64,000 nt of DNA from an uncultured Nitrososphaeraceae archaeon (GTDB lineage Archaea > Thermoproteota > Nitrososphaeria > Nitrososphaerales > Nitrososphaeraceae), in contig CAVSMN010000020.1 in assembly GCA_963729045.1 (NCBI GenBank), positions 182,080 through 246,079 on the forward strand. The letters run 5' to 3'. Numbering within the stretch: position 1 is the stretch's first letter; each line of letters opens with the position of its first letter. Positions 42,414 through 53,508 of the stretch are shown here, one piece after another. The notes beneath the pieces were generated by a model. The model ran no database searches. It was not told the DNA's origin and saw nothing but the letters and a program-made list of their open reading frames with translations. The position numbers were made by a program, and so were the translations under genes.

Positions 42414-43064
42414 CTATCTTCTTGGACTAGCCATACCAGTTTCGATATAATTAACTGAATCTGCAATATAGCATGCATGATCAGAAATGCGTTCCAAATA
42501 TTTTAGAATTAAAGCAGTGGAGATATTGCATCGGTTATCTGAATAATTATTTGTGGTGACAATTTGAGATGATTCACGCGTACTTTTTCTGTACAACATA
42601 TCAACCATTTCCTCCATTTCATAAATTTTGGCTAAAATAGAATTATCCCGTAATCGTAATGCAGATATCCCAAGATCCATCATCTCTAAAACAAGTTTTG
42701 ACATGCGCATTACTGAAGACTTATCGCACAATTCTAACGGTCCAAGAATTTCTAATACTGTAATAATATCAAAAGCATATCTACCAAATCTTGAAAAAAC
42801 GTAAGATAGCTCCATGCAAGATTTTATGTATCTCAAGTCTGTTGCCACAGGCTGGAATCTAGCGATTAGTTCTATACATAATTCCGATACTTCATCCTGA
42901 AGAAACCTCAATTTTGCAGACGACTCAAATATTTGATTTTTTGTGGAGGTATCATCATCCTTATAGGATGTAATAGCCTTGGACACTGTATTTTCAGCTA
43001 AACTAGCCATATCAAAAATAATGCTGCTAACCTTAGTCAGCCCCAAATCAAGTAAGCGTACCAA
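42414..43064 (-). CDS. phoU: Phosphate signalling protein PhoU
   Basis: ARFQPVATDLR and LERISDHA motifs. Confidence 0.93.
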   Translation of the reverse strand: MVRLLDLGLTKVSSIIFDMASLAENTVSKAITSYKDDDTSTKNQIFESSAKLRFLQDEVSELCIELIARFQPVATDLRYIKSCMELSYVFSRFGRYAFDIITVLEILGPLELCDKSSVMRMSKLVLEMMDLGISALRLRDNSILAKIYEMEEMVDMLYRKSTRESSQIVTTNNYSDNRCNISTALILKYLERISDHACYIADSVNYIETGMASPRR

Positions 43065-43099
43065 TTTGATTAAAACGTTAAAAACTTATATAAATAAGC

Positions 43100-44028
43100 C
43101 TATCCGAATTTGCCGGAAATATATCTTTCAGTTAATTCTTTCTTTGGATACTTAAATATTTGATCGGTTGGACCGAATTCGATTAACTCTCCTAAATACA
43201 TAAATGCAGTATAATCCGAAACTCTGGCCGCTTGTTGCATATTATGAGTTACAATTATCACAGTCAAATTCTTCTTAAGATCATTCATCAACTCTTCAAT
43301 TTTTGAAGATGCAATAGGATCTAAAGCAGAAGTAGGTTCATCCATCAAGAGAATTTCAGGTTGCATCGCAAGGGCTCTGGCAATACAAAGTCTTTGTTGT
43401 TGGCCACCAGACAAACTTATTCCTGGTTTATCAAGATCATTTTTTACTTCTTCCCATAACGCTGCTCCCTTCAAACTATCGTGAACTATATCCTTTATCA
43501 AATTTTTATCCTTAATGCCATTGAGTTTCAAGCCAGCTGCTACATTATCATATATACTCATAGTAGGAAATGGATTTGGTTTTTGAAAGACCATCCCCAT
43601 TCGTCGCTTTATAAGGACAGGATCTGATTGTTTATCATAAATATTTAAATCGTCTAAAATAATTTTGCCATCAGCTGTTGCATTTGGGGTTAAATCATGC
43701 ATCCTATTAATGCATCTTAACAGGGTTGTTTTACCACATCCAGATGGACCGATTAATGCGGTGACACAGTTTTCCTTAACATCAAGATTAATACCCTTTA
43801 AAGCTAGTTTGCCACTAAACCAGGCTTTCAAAGATTGGATTGATAGTTTAGGATTCTCTATTTTGAATTCTGAATCAAATTTGTGCTCAGTTTTAGCTTT
43901 AATAGAAGGTGAAATCCCATCTTCAGTGGTAGTAGTGGTAGTGTAGTATCAGTTTCGGCCTTGGTTTTAGTGTACTCTGAAATATCATCAATTTCATCTT
44001 TAATAGAAGACTTTAAGGAGTTGTCCAA
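43100..44028 (-). CDS. pstB: Phosphate ABC transporter ATPase; acidic Thr-rich N-terminal extension with -1 indel near 43943
   Basis: [23 protein letters not shown] and DEPTSALDP; probable TTG start at 44028 joins after restoring one base in the ACTACC repeat. Confidence 0.9.
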
Positions 44029-44121
44029 GTTACCCACGAGATATCTTTATTAACCAAAAAATCATAATATTTGTTTTCTATACGAAATATATAGTATTAT
44101 ATAGATAAGGTAGAGAAATTA

Positions 44122-45040
44122 TCACGTAGTTCGCTTTAAACACGTAATACTCCTTTTTTGTGCAAACATCCTCAGGGCAACGCTTAACGCCAATATGAGC
44201 AATATAAGCACCAATGCAGCACCCCAACCCTGTTCATGAGCTGCTGGATATGGTTGTGAAGCCAATCTCCAGATTCTTAAAGGTAATGCATCAACAGGGG
44301 AATTAAAGCCGCTGAAAAATAGACTTGTTCCTAAAATAGTCATTATTAATGGTGCCGTTTCACCAGCGACTCTAGATATGGCAAGTACAATGCCTGTTAA
44401 TATACCGCTTTTGGATCCCTTTATCACAATATGCCATACCACCTTCCACTTTGGAAGGCCTAGACCATATGCTGCCTCCCTTAGAGTGTTTGGTACTAGT
44501 TTCAATGTTTCTTCAGAGACCCTTGCAACAATAGGAATCATTATTATAGATAAAACAAAGGCTCCTGCCATGATTGAAAATGAGCCAAGTGTTAATACAA
44601 GTGCGATATATCCCGTAATTCCTATTACGATAGAAGGAATACCAGTCAATACATCATTAAAGAGTCTAAGGAAATATGCAAAATGATTTGCTAGAACTGG
44701 AATATTCGGATAGGTAAACCCCTGCCAGAACTCCAACAGGGGCTCCAATTAAAGAGGCAAGTCCTACAGCTATCAAAGTTCCTTGGATGGCTGGACCAAT
44801 ACCCCCATCGCCTGAACCGAATGCACCCGGAGGACTGAATAGAAACTCAAAGCTTAGAGCGCCAACACCATTCTTAAACACTTCAAACAAAATGGAGGCT
44901 AAAGGTATGATCGCAATTATTACAAAAACAAATAACAAAACGGTCATAAAATTATTAAAGACCTTTCTTTTTATGGAATTTTTCGCAATACGTTCCTGAA
45001 TGATTGATGTGTAATCTTTAGTTTTGTTGTCTTTGATCAT
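44122..45040 (-). CDS. pstA: Phosphate ABC transporter permease PstA, +1 indel near 44685
   Basis: ORFs 44666..45040 and 44122..44748 join after GVYLSEY; GIPSIVIG, LREAAYGLG and GETAP motifs. Confidence 0.92.
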
Positions 45041-45041
45041 A

Positions 45042-46043
45042 CTATTCCCTCAAGTTAGAATAGGATTTGGAAACCTTTGAAATTATATAGATAGCAGCAA
45101 CATTTATGAAAATAGTAATTACAAAAAGTACCAACCCCAAACCAATTAATGCTGAAAGATGGAGATCGTTTGATGCTTCATTAAATTCATTGGCAATAAT
45201 ACTAGAAAGAGTTTGACTTTGAGAAAACAAAGATGTCGGAATAGCAGCCAAACCAATTGCATTTCCTATAACCAGTGTCACTAGCATGGTTTCTCCAATA
45301 GCTCTTCCCAATCCCAAAAATGTTGCTCCCATCAAACCAGTTTTTGAAGAGGGTAGAATAGCAGTTTTGACCATTTCCCATCGTGTTGCACCCAGTGCGT
45401 ACGCGGCTTCTTTCTGTGAATGAGGAATAGCCTTAATGACCTCCCTCGATACGGCTGTAATGATAGGAATAATCATTATCGCAAGAATTATTCCTGCCGT
45501 AAAAACATCCAAACCAAAAGGAGCTTGGGCAAAAAGAGAAAAATCTCCTAGTGTGTTATGAAGAGGCTCCTCTACGTAGTCTCTAATCCAGAATCTGAAT
45601 ACAAATAATCCCCACAGACCATAAATAATACTGGGGACAGCTGCTAAGAGCTCAACTATAAATGATAAAATGGTTCCAAGTTTGTTTTTCATCATTTCTG
45701 TAATAAATATGGCTATTCCTATGCTGATAGGAACCGCAATAGCCATTGCAATTGTTGAGCTAACAAGCGTTCCTATTATGTAAGGCAAGGCTCCAAAGGA
45801 CTCTCGCCCCTCAACAGCATTCCAATCAGTTCCTATTACAAAGTTAATGCCTTCTTTAAGAAAGATAGGTACAGAGCCTTCAGCTAAGGCAAAAAATACA
45901 AGGGCAACCATAAACAGAGTATAAACAGATGCCCCAATTACCAATCCTTTGAAAAATTTATCTCCAAAAAACGATTTTCTGGATTGTAAATCTAGTTTCT
46001 TTACTAGCTCGGCATGCGTATTTTTAGAATCTTTTGGAGGCAA
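45042..46043 (-). CDS. pstC: Phosphate ABC transporter permease PstC
   Basis: ELLAAVPSIIYGLWG, EAAYALGAT and RAIGETM motifs. Confidence 0.95.
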   Translation of the reverse strand: MPPKDSKNTHAELVKKLDLQSRKSFFGDKFFKGLVIGASVYTLFMVALVFFALAEGSVPIFLKEGINFVIGTDWNAVEGRESFGALPYIIGTLVSSTIAMAIAVPISIGIAIFITEMMKNKLGTILSFIVELLAAVPSIIYGLWGLFVFRFWIRDYVEEPLHNTLGDFSLFAQAPFGLDVFTAGIILAIMIIPIITAVSREVIKAIPHSQKEAAYALGATRWEMVKTAILPSSKTGLMGATFLGLGRAIGETMLVTLVIGNAIGLAAIPTSLFSQSQTLSSIIANEFNEASNDLHLSALIGLGLVLFVITIFINVAAIYIISKVSKSYSNLRE

Positions 46044-46133
46044 AGTATATCAATAAAGTAAAACTATTCAATAATATATTTTACATATATAATCAATATA
46101 GAACATATATTCTATATAGAAAAAAAATAAAAA

Positions 46134-47226
46134 TTAGTTGGTGAGTATTGGGTTTCCATTAAAAGTCAGTGATTTCAATGTTGCTTCATTGACATCAACG
46201 ACAGATTGAGGTAATGGAACATATCCCAATGATTCTGCGAACTGTTGTCCGTCAGTTACGGCCCACTCCACGAATTCAACAATTGCTTTTGCTTTTTGTT
46301 CATCTATCGATGGATTAGTGCTCAAGTCTTTATAGAGCAAAAGGTAGGAGAAACTAGAGATTGGGTAGGAATCAGGTCCTGGTGCATCTGTTATTGTTAC
46401 ATTAGACCAAGATTCTGAACCGCTAGGTAACGTAGATGCTTCTGCGCTTACTGCTGCTGCGGTAGAATTAACTGATGGCAAAATGAAATTACCCTCTTGA
46501 TTTTGTACTGCTGCATAATTCATCTGTGTTGTTAATGCATATGCTAATTCGACATATCCAATGGTATAAGGTGTTCCTTGAATTGATGCGGCCACACCTT
46601 CATTTCCTGGTGCGCCTATACCAGATGGCCATTGTACTGATTTGCCCTTACCAACAGTTTGATTCCATTCAGGACTTACTTTTGATAGATAATCAGTAAA
46701 TACAAATGTTGTACCAGAACCATCAGAACGATGGACTGTAACTATATTTTCAGAGGGCAAAGTAACACCCGGATTAAGTTCTTTTATCTTTGGATCATCC
46801 CATTTAGTGATTTTTCCTAAAAATATGTCTGCAATAACGGGACCTGTAAGATTGATAGGTGTAGTTACTTCTGGAATATTATATGCAAGGACAACAGAAC
46901 CTAGGGTTTCTGGAATGTGAACAGCACTTCCTGCTTTTTGGAATTCGGTTTCCGAAAGAGGAGCATCAGAAGCACCAAAGTCAACTGTTTTTTCAGTGAA
47001 CTGTTTAATTCCTCCACCACTCCCGATAGAAGCATAATTAAGATTAACATCAGGATTTACTTTTTGATATTCTACTCTCCAAGTATCTATTAAAGGATAT
47101 GGAAAGGTTGCTCCAGCTCCATTAATAGCAACTTGTGCATGTACCTGAATTCACATAAACTGGGACTAATAGCGATACGGCTAAAAGTGATATACCTAAT
47201 ATCCTATAGTTGATTAATTTATTCAT
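46134..47226 (-). CDS. pstS: Phosphate-binding protein PstS, +1 indel near 47149
   Basis: Frame open upstream of ORF 46134..46760 through GAGATFPYP, GSGGG and DFGASD; signal peptide from ATG 47226 in a shifted frame; RSDGSGTT. Confidence 0.93.
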
Positions 47227-47591
47227 CAAGTTTGTATAATTATATAATTATTAATCAATTGTCTATATATTATTCATATACTATATAGAATAGATTAATG
47301 TAGTATAAAAAAATATTTGTAAGATATTATATAATAAAATATCTCTCTCTTGATATAATAAAGGCCATCATAGTATTAATACCTCCATAAATAATTTCTA
47401 TGCAAAACAAGTTTTTCTAATCTTATTACTGCCGAACCCTCCAGGAGATCGTGCTTTGAAAACAAGAAACAGACCATCCAATAACAGCTTTTGTGAATAT
47501 TAAAGAACTACCTCTATATAGAAAACTATAACAAGTTTTAAGTTTGACTGAATTAATAATCAAATTACCTTTTTCCTTCTGCAATCACACT

Positions 47592-47628
47592 TAGTGACCA
47601 TTCCTCCCATGTCGTTGAATGGTCACTA
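47592..47628. repeat. Perfect 12-bp inverted repeat (hairpin)
   Basis: TAGTGACCATTC-13 nt-GAATGGTCACTA. Confidence 0.85.
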
Positions 47629-47864
47629 TTTTCTACCTCAACTTTGACATGCCATAAATTGTTCATCATACATTGTTCATTGTTTATCAAAATCGATAGC
47701 AGAGCATAACAATATCGATTCTCGTAAGTGTTATCCTATTTTATAACAGTTTATGATCATCGTCGATCAACAAGCACCTCGAAGATCAATAGATAAAGTT
47801 CATACATTTTATAGTAACTATATAGATAATGGTTATATCATGACATGGATTATAGTAAAGTAGA

Positions 47865-48332
47865 TTGCGCAAGATACAAATCGCAATTGATGTAGACGGA
47901 TCACCATCGGGATACATTTCCTGGCATAACCATTTTCAAAACAAAAGCAAAATAAGAACACTAAAACCTTACAAGAAGAACGAAAGATATGGCGTTCAGA
48001 GAATGGAAATGCTAGCAGTATATTTTGCAATTTCAGATAATCTCAAAATATTTAAGACCAAGCTAAAAAAAAGAGGAAAAAGAAAAATAATAGTTATTAG
48101 AAGCGACTCAAAATCTACAATAGAACAACTCAACAAAAGGTCAAAAGTGAAGGACGAGATTATCAAGCGAGTCTACAATTCAATAATAAGAATTATAGAA
48201 AAAATATCCTGTACTCTAGTATTTGATTATTTGAGGAGAACGAGCAACAGAGCCGGAAAAATTCTAGAACTTATCAGAAAAGAAAATAGATATGGGTATT
48301 ATTTCCCTCATGTAAAAAATACTACTAGTTAG
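47865..48332 (+). CDS. RNase HI-like fold protein, very basic
   Basis: IDVDGS, RMEMLAV, IRSDS and SNRAG segments. Confidence 0.75.
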   Translation: MRKIQIAIDVDGSPSGYISWHNHFQNKSKIRTLKPYKKNERYGVQRMEMLAVYFAISDNLKIFKTKLKKRGKRKIIVIRSDSKSTIEQLNKRSKVKDEIIKRVYNSIIRIIEKISCTLVFDYLRRTSNRAGKILELIRKENRYGYYFPHVKNTTS

Positions 48333-48483
48333 TAACTTAACTCTTCCTACTTTTTTTGCATTTTGTAAAATCGGTCAAGTCAATAACTCTACAAAGTGAC
48401 ACATATTATATGTTATCTATGATAATAACATAGTTCATATTTCGTATTTTCGTATTTGTAATTTAATAGTGACAATTGCATTT

Positions 48484-48909
48484 TTATGAAAAAGTAGTAT
48501 CAAGTTTTAAGAGAACATCTTCTAAATATTCATCAGTTCTAAAATAGATATAGAGGAAGCGATCGTTTAGTTCATTTATTGGGATATATGCCAAAAAAAC
48601 ATCCTCATATAGATTAATTAGTCTGAATTCTGCATCTTCATCAATTAAATTGGATTGGAGAGATACTATACTTTTTATATTATTTGATGACAAGGTTTTA
48701 TCTTTAAAAAGTGGGTTACCATAATGGTTGGAATTTCTAAAGGAAGAACAAGTAATTTTCCTTTTTGAGAAATGGGGATTATGACGTATATTTCTTGATT
48801 TCCCTACTAGCAATTTTCCATTAGAGTCAATAATGCCAGCAAATTGTATAGAAACATCAACATGAAGTGCAGTAGTGCACAATCTATGGAGAAATTGTCT
48901 TTCTTCCAT
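48484..48909 (-). CDS. Roadblock-like hypothetical protein
   Basis: LC...DVSIQFAGIIDSNGKLL pattern. Confidence 0.65.
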   Translation of the reverse strand: MEERQFLHRLCTTALHVDVSIQFAGIIDSNGKLLVGKSRNIRHNPHFSKRKITCSSFRNSNHYGNPLFKDKTLSSNNIKSIVSLQSNLIDEDAEFRLINLYEDVFLAYIPINELNDRFLYIYFRTDEYLEDVLLKLDTTFS

Positions 48910-49599
48910 ATCCGATCTTATTCTATAATATATTAATTATTTATCTAAATGTTCACTATAGTATATGGATCGATGATTTAATGCTAAAAACGATTCTTCT
49001 GCAACCTAAATTCTAGAAGTATGATAGAGTAAGGGCTATTGTAATATCATGTAGCCTGTGAAAGTCTCATGGATATATGAATCGATATTCAACATTAATG
49101 GTCCACTTCCAAGTAGTAAAGAAAATATCGATATTATAAAACTAATGATCCAAATATATTGAGAATAATTTTTCAAAAGCATCAATAATTGATTATGTAA
49201 CTTGTTGATCTTGATCAATAAATTGGAGATTTCATTCTTGGTCTTGTCCAAAATGGTTTGGAATTACAACCATAATATCAATAAATTAGTTTTCGATAGA
49301 GTATATTACGATCATTTTCTCTTATTTCACCTAACAAGTTGTTTTCTTCAGTTAGTATAAGATAGATTTCATACGACTTAAACTATTGATTGATTTTCAA
49401 AATGTAATAACGTTTAACAATGAGGTCACTTATTCCCTATCATTTTATTTCTCCTCCAACATTTTTTATAGTTTCGTTACTTGTTCGGATCTATTAACAC
49501 TATTAGAATATCAATATCATGAATTGATAGTATTTGAGTTCATGATTCTTTTTTTATTTACAATATTCATCTATATTGAAAACATAAATTAAATCGAAA

Positions 49600-49737
49600 T
49601 GGAAATAGGATAGTCTGACGACCCGTTTGCGAGATGAGGTCCTATCCTATTTCCACAAGATCATCGCGTAGTTTGAGTAAGATGAGTATACAAGGAATAG
49701 GATATATCCATATCCTATATTATCTAAATGAAATATT
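49600..49737 (-). ncRNA. Hairpin element A (putative small RNA with promoter-like motif)
   Basis: 14-bp perfect stem TGGAAATAGGATAG/CTATCCTATTTCCA, 28-nt loop; TATCTAAATGAAAT motif at 49721; strand inferred. Confidence 0.5.
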
Positions 49738-50041
49738 AACACCGAAAACTTGTTTTCTTATATGTAGGTTGTTATGCCTAAATTAGGTACGCAATTGCAC
49801 ACATATACATGCATGACCTTTCGGTTTTGTTTTTAACCCGCGTATGATGGATTAGTAAGAAAATTGCATCATTATATTACATAAAATATTGCCAGATACT
49901 ACTTTTTAATATTGTTACCACATCACTATATAATGAATTTGGTATTTTATTATTAAATAACGTCAATAGAAATAATAACAAGATTCCTTGAATAATAAGG
50001 AATAATTTAATATAAGACACATCATCTCATAGAAATCATAG

Positions 50042-50197
50042 ATTAGAAATAGGATAGTAAATAGAGTGGGGACAGATCGAGATAACAAACACTCTATATC
50101 CTATCCTAATACTGGAGGAGGCATGAGCCGGTTGAACCAGAGATCACCTATTCTGCAAATCTGTTTTTATTTTTATACTATAGTATCTAAATGAAAT
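50042..50197 (-). ncRNA. Hairpin element B
   Basis: ATTAGAAATAGGATAG...TATCCTATCCTAAT with inner ATAGAGTG/CACTCTAT; same motif at 50184. Confidence 0.5.
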
Positions 50198-50430
50198 CAG
50201 TTCAAAAGGCAATCCCCTCTATAAATCATAATTTGTCTTGATCAATTCAAAGACGGAGTGAACTTCACGGTTTCTTTCTTTTAGATGACTACCATTCGAT
50301 ATTTAGGTGGTCCGACGATTATTGTTGATGAAAAATTCAATACAAAGACTTGATTAAGAATGATCCCTTATTAAAGGTCATATTATTACTTCAAAATATT
50401 ATAATATTCTTGAAAGTCATCAGGTGAATT

Positions 50431-51249
50431 TCAAACTATGATGAATGAATATATTAATAATATTGCTCCTAGTCCTAAACAGTAATATGCGAAATAGTAA
50501 AGCTTTCCTCTGTTTATGATATTTATTAACAGTTTGATTGTTAAATACCCAATTATTGCGGATGATAAAAATCCAACCATATAAGAAGAAAAGGGGATTT
50601 CCCCTATCGCAGATAGCTGTGTAGTATCCATTAGAACAAAATCAAATACAGAGCCACCTACAATGGCTGGAATGGATAACAGGAATGAAAACCTGACCAA
50701 TTGAGTATGATCAATTTGTCTTATCATTCCTAAAGAAATTGTAATACCGCTTCGAGAAATGCTTGAGAATACAGAGAATCCCTGAGCTATTCCGATTAAT
50801 ACAGCATCAATCTTACTGATATCTCTGGAACCTTTCTTGAAATATTTAGTGATATAAATGAATATACCGCTTATCAGAAATCCTATAGATAATAGAAAGA
50901 AATCATAAAATGAAAATTCGAAGAAGGACTTTAGTGCAAATGCGATAATTGCAGTTGGAATGGTTCCAATTATGATAAGCATCAATAGTTTTCTATATTC
51001 TTTGACAGCTTGCAAAGACATGGAGCGAGAATAGAAAACAGACCTGAAAATCATTAACAAATCAGTTCGATAAAACCCTATGAGACCTGCTAGAGTTCCT
51101 ATATGAAGAATCAAATCAAAGAAAACAGGTACATGAATATTAAGTAATAATTGGGTTAGTGCTAGATGTCCTGAGCTAGATATTGGCAACCACTCAGTTA
51201 TTCCTTGCACGATTCCCAAAATTAAAGATTGAACGATATCCACCGTCAT
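50431..51249 (-). CDS. uppP: Undecaprenyl/polyprenyl-diphosphate phosphatase
   Basis: QGITEWLPISSSGHL, ISRSG and FSFLLSIP motifs. Confidence 0.93.
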   Translation of the reverse strand: MTVDIVQSLILGIVQGITEWLPISSSGHLALTQLLLNIHVPVFFDLILHIGTLAGLIGFYRTDLLMIFRSVFYSRSMSLQAVKEYRKLLMLIIIGTIPTAIIAFALKSFFEFSFYDFFLLSIGFLISGIFIYITKYFKKGSRDISKIDAVLIGIAQGFSVFSSISRSGITISLGMIRQIDHTQLVRFSFLLSIPAIVGGSVFDFVLMDTTQLSAIGEIPFSSYMVGFLSSAIIGYLTIKLLINIINRGKLYYFAYYCLGLGAILLIYSFIIV

Positions 51250-51355
51250 TTTTTATCTACTGGGTGATAGTGATTACTCATTTGCTATAAAATGTTTACA
51301 TTATCCACAATACATTATCGCCAAAAATAAATAATTCTTTGACAACGATTTGTAC

Positions 51356-52181
51356 ATGGGTGAAAAGATTCTAGTTACCGGGGCTACCGGTTCTCTGGGA
51401 AGTGAAGTTGTAAAGCAGCTCTAAAAGACACCTCAGATATCAATATTAGGGCAGCAATTCATTCATTTGAAAATATAGGCAAAGTACGATAACCAGGAGT
51501 TGAGGTAATACAAATTGACTACCGCTGATCATGAAGTTAATTTGGTTAATGAGACAAAAAAATGTGGAGTAAGTCTTATAGTAAAGCAACCGTAATGAGG
51601 GCCCGATTTGAAGGCAGACATAAGAACAATGAGATTGCATCGTCAAGCAGAAAAGATAATTGAAGAATCAGGAATTGGATATATTTTTCTGAGTCCAAAT
51701 GAATTCATGCAGAATTTCATAAATTTTCATAGCCCGTCGATTAAGAGCAATAATGTATTCTACTTACCAGCGGGCCACTCGATGGTCAGTATCTTGGCGT
51801 TTGTGATTTTGTAGTTGTAGCGGTGAAAGCACGTGGTCAAAATAGACTTGCAAAGTATCACAATAAAACAACGATGCTAACAAGACCCGGAACCCGGTCA
51901 TGTGACAGAATGGTCGAATACTTTCTGAAGTAACAAATGAAAAAATAGAATAATTTGATACTTCAGATGACGAGGCCAGAGGAGGAATGAAAGAAATTGG
52001 TATGGATGATCTGCATGTCGATGCTATTTTGGAATTAAATAGCTATTTTAGAAAAGGACACGCTTCACAGGTTTCTCCTGCAGTAGAAGAGGTAACGGGT
52101 ATTAGACTTACATCATTTAATCAATTTGCAAGAGATTATGCGGAATTTTTTAGACAATATTGGAATCGAACTGAGAAATAA
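51356..52181 (+). pseudogene. NmrA/atypical SDR family pseudogene
   Basis: MGEKILVTGATGSLGSEVVKQL* then several stops and shifts; fragments HRQAEKIIEESGI..PNEFMQN and VEEVTG..SFNQFARD. Confidence 0.85.
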
Positions 52182-52439
52182 TAAGAATTCATTTTGATAT
52201 GTTTTAAAGATTTTTATATATTCTATAAAAACTCTAGTAAGAAGAATCAACTATCAAGCAATTCTCGATTGTCAAAACTTCATAATCATTTTAATGTAGA
52301 ATGTCATAAATATCTTTTATTAGATTTATCCTTATACTATACAATCTATAAATAAAATATACACAAGATATTTTTGATATATTGTCGTCGTTGAAGTACA
52401 GTAATATATTTTACACGACCCAAATGACGACCATTTCGC

Positions 52440-52490
52440 GATGGGGTAGGATACAGCAGTGCCAATGTCATTACTCAATTCTACCCCATC
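52440..52490. ncRNA. Hairpin element D
   Basis: GATGGGGTAG(GATA).../CTACCCCATC, 10-bp perfect stem related to elements A-C. Confidence 0.4.
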
Positions 52491-52904
52491 TTCTCTTCTC
52501 AAATATATTCGAAGAGAAAATACTATATTAAATATTATATGACAAAATAAGAGTTGTTACTGTAAACAGTATTAATTTGAATCCGGGTTTAATTTTTGGA
52601 TAGAATCGCAATTATTATTAGACCTAAATAATTTGTCAGTTAGGGCATTTTTTAGCTCAGCATTGTAATCCGAAGAGATATCTTGTATTAGTTCAGTATC
52701 ATAATTGTTATTTTAAATTGTCCGCTATCTAAGTTTTAATAAAGCGTCTCATGTTTCTCAGGGTGCATTTAATATTTGGCTGGTATATTGCTGGCTGTTT
52801 CTACATCTCTTATCTGATTAAATTTATTGCTAATAATCAAATGCAATGGCGTCTAGTAGCATGGCATTTATCCTTTGAAGCTAAATAGTTCATACTGTGA
52901 TAAC

Positions 52905-53060
52905 ATTGGGATAGGGATAGATAGAATAAAGATAGTAATGCAATAAAATCCATCCTCTTTTCCTATCCCAATAACAAATCTTTTGCAAATTTAACAGTGC
53001 TTTATTGTTAGTAGGTAGTATTGCTTTTATCTTTATACTATGATATATAAATGAAATATT
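52905..53060 (-). ncRNA. Hairpin element C
   Basis: ATTGGGATAGG.../CCTATCCCAAT; TATATAAATGAAATATT motif at 53044. Confidence 0.5.
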
Positions 53061-53352
53061 CGGAATCTTTCAGGTGTTTCATTATCCTGCGTTGTCTACT
53101 TGTTCCTAATAACGTATTGAACCCCAATGCATTTGATATTCTTGCTAATAATCATTTATCTTGGTAGTTTCTCAACTTCAACCATCTAGTAATATTGAGG
53201 CAAGAATATGAGATAAACATGTTTTTAAGATCCAAACTGTAATAGAACTCAGCTAGTTTTGATTTAAAGTAGACATTAATGATGTATACTGATCTCTATA
53301 CATAGAACATATTTTTAATAAAGAAAGAGATGGGGTTAAAAATCATCAAATA

Positions 53353-53508
53353 TTATTTAAGGTTATAATTGTACTGATTACAATTACATCCAAGTTTCAT
53401 GCATGGGTGAGTAGCATTATCCTGGTGCTCATAATATAGATGATCTTCTTTTGTATGAAAACAATTCATACATGGTTTATATAGATCAGCGCTGTTTCTA
53501 CTGGCCAT
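53353..53508 (-). CDS. Small Cys/His-rich putative zinc-binding protein (51 aa)
   Basis: ATG at 53508; CMNCFHTKEDH...CMKLGCNC. Confidence 0.65.
   Translation of the reverse strand: MASRNSADLYKPCMNCFHTKEDHLYYEHQDNATHPCMKLGCNCNQYNYNLK

Noticed and set aside
887..45000. Short antisense ORFs overlapping confident genes (e.g. 11778..12188, 36028..36531, 38179..38535)
   Set aside because: Shadow frames with no motifs.
43100..47226. Programmed frameshifting or phase variation in pstS/pstA/pstB
   Set aside because: No shared slippery motif, and similar indels occur in unrelated conserved genes; assembly error is simpler.
49036..49592. ORFs 49036..49251 and 49386..49592
   Set aside because: Short, AT-rich, TTG starts, no recognisable motifs.
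50123..50194. 23-aa ORF after GGAGGAGG in element B (type I toxin idea)
   Set aside because: The SD-like sequence abuts the ATG, and the other copies have no equivalent frame.
49600..53060. CRISPR array interpretation of the repeated arms
   Set aside because: Arms are inverted, dispersed over kilobases and non-identical; no cas genes.
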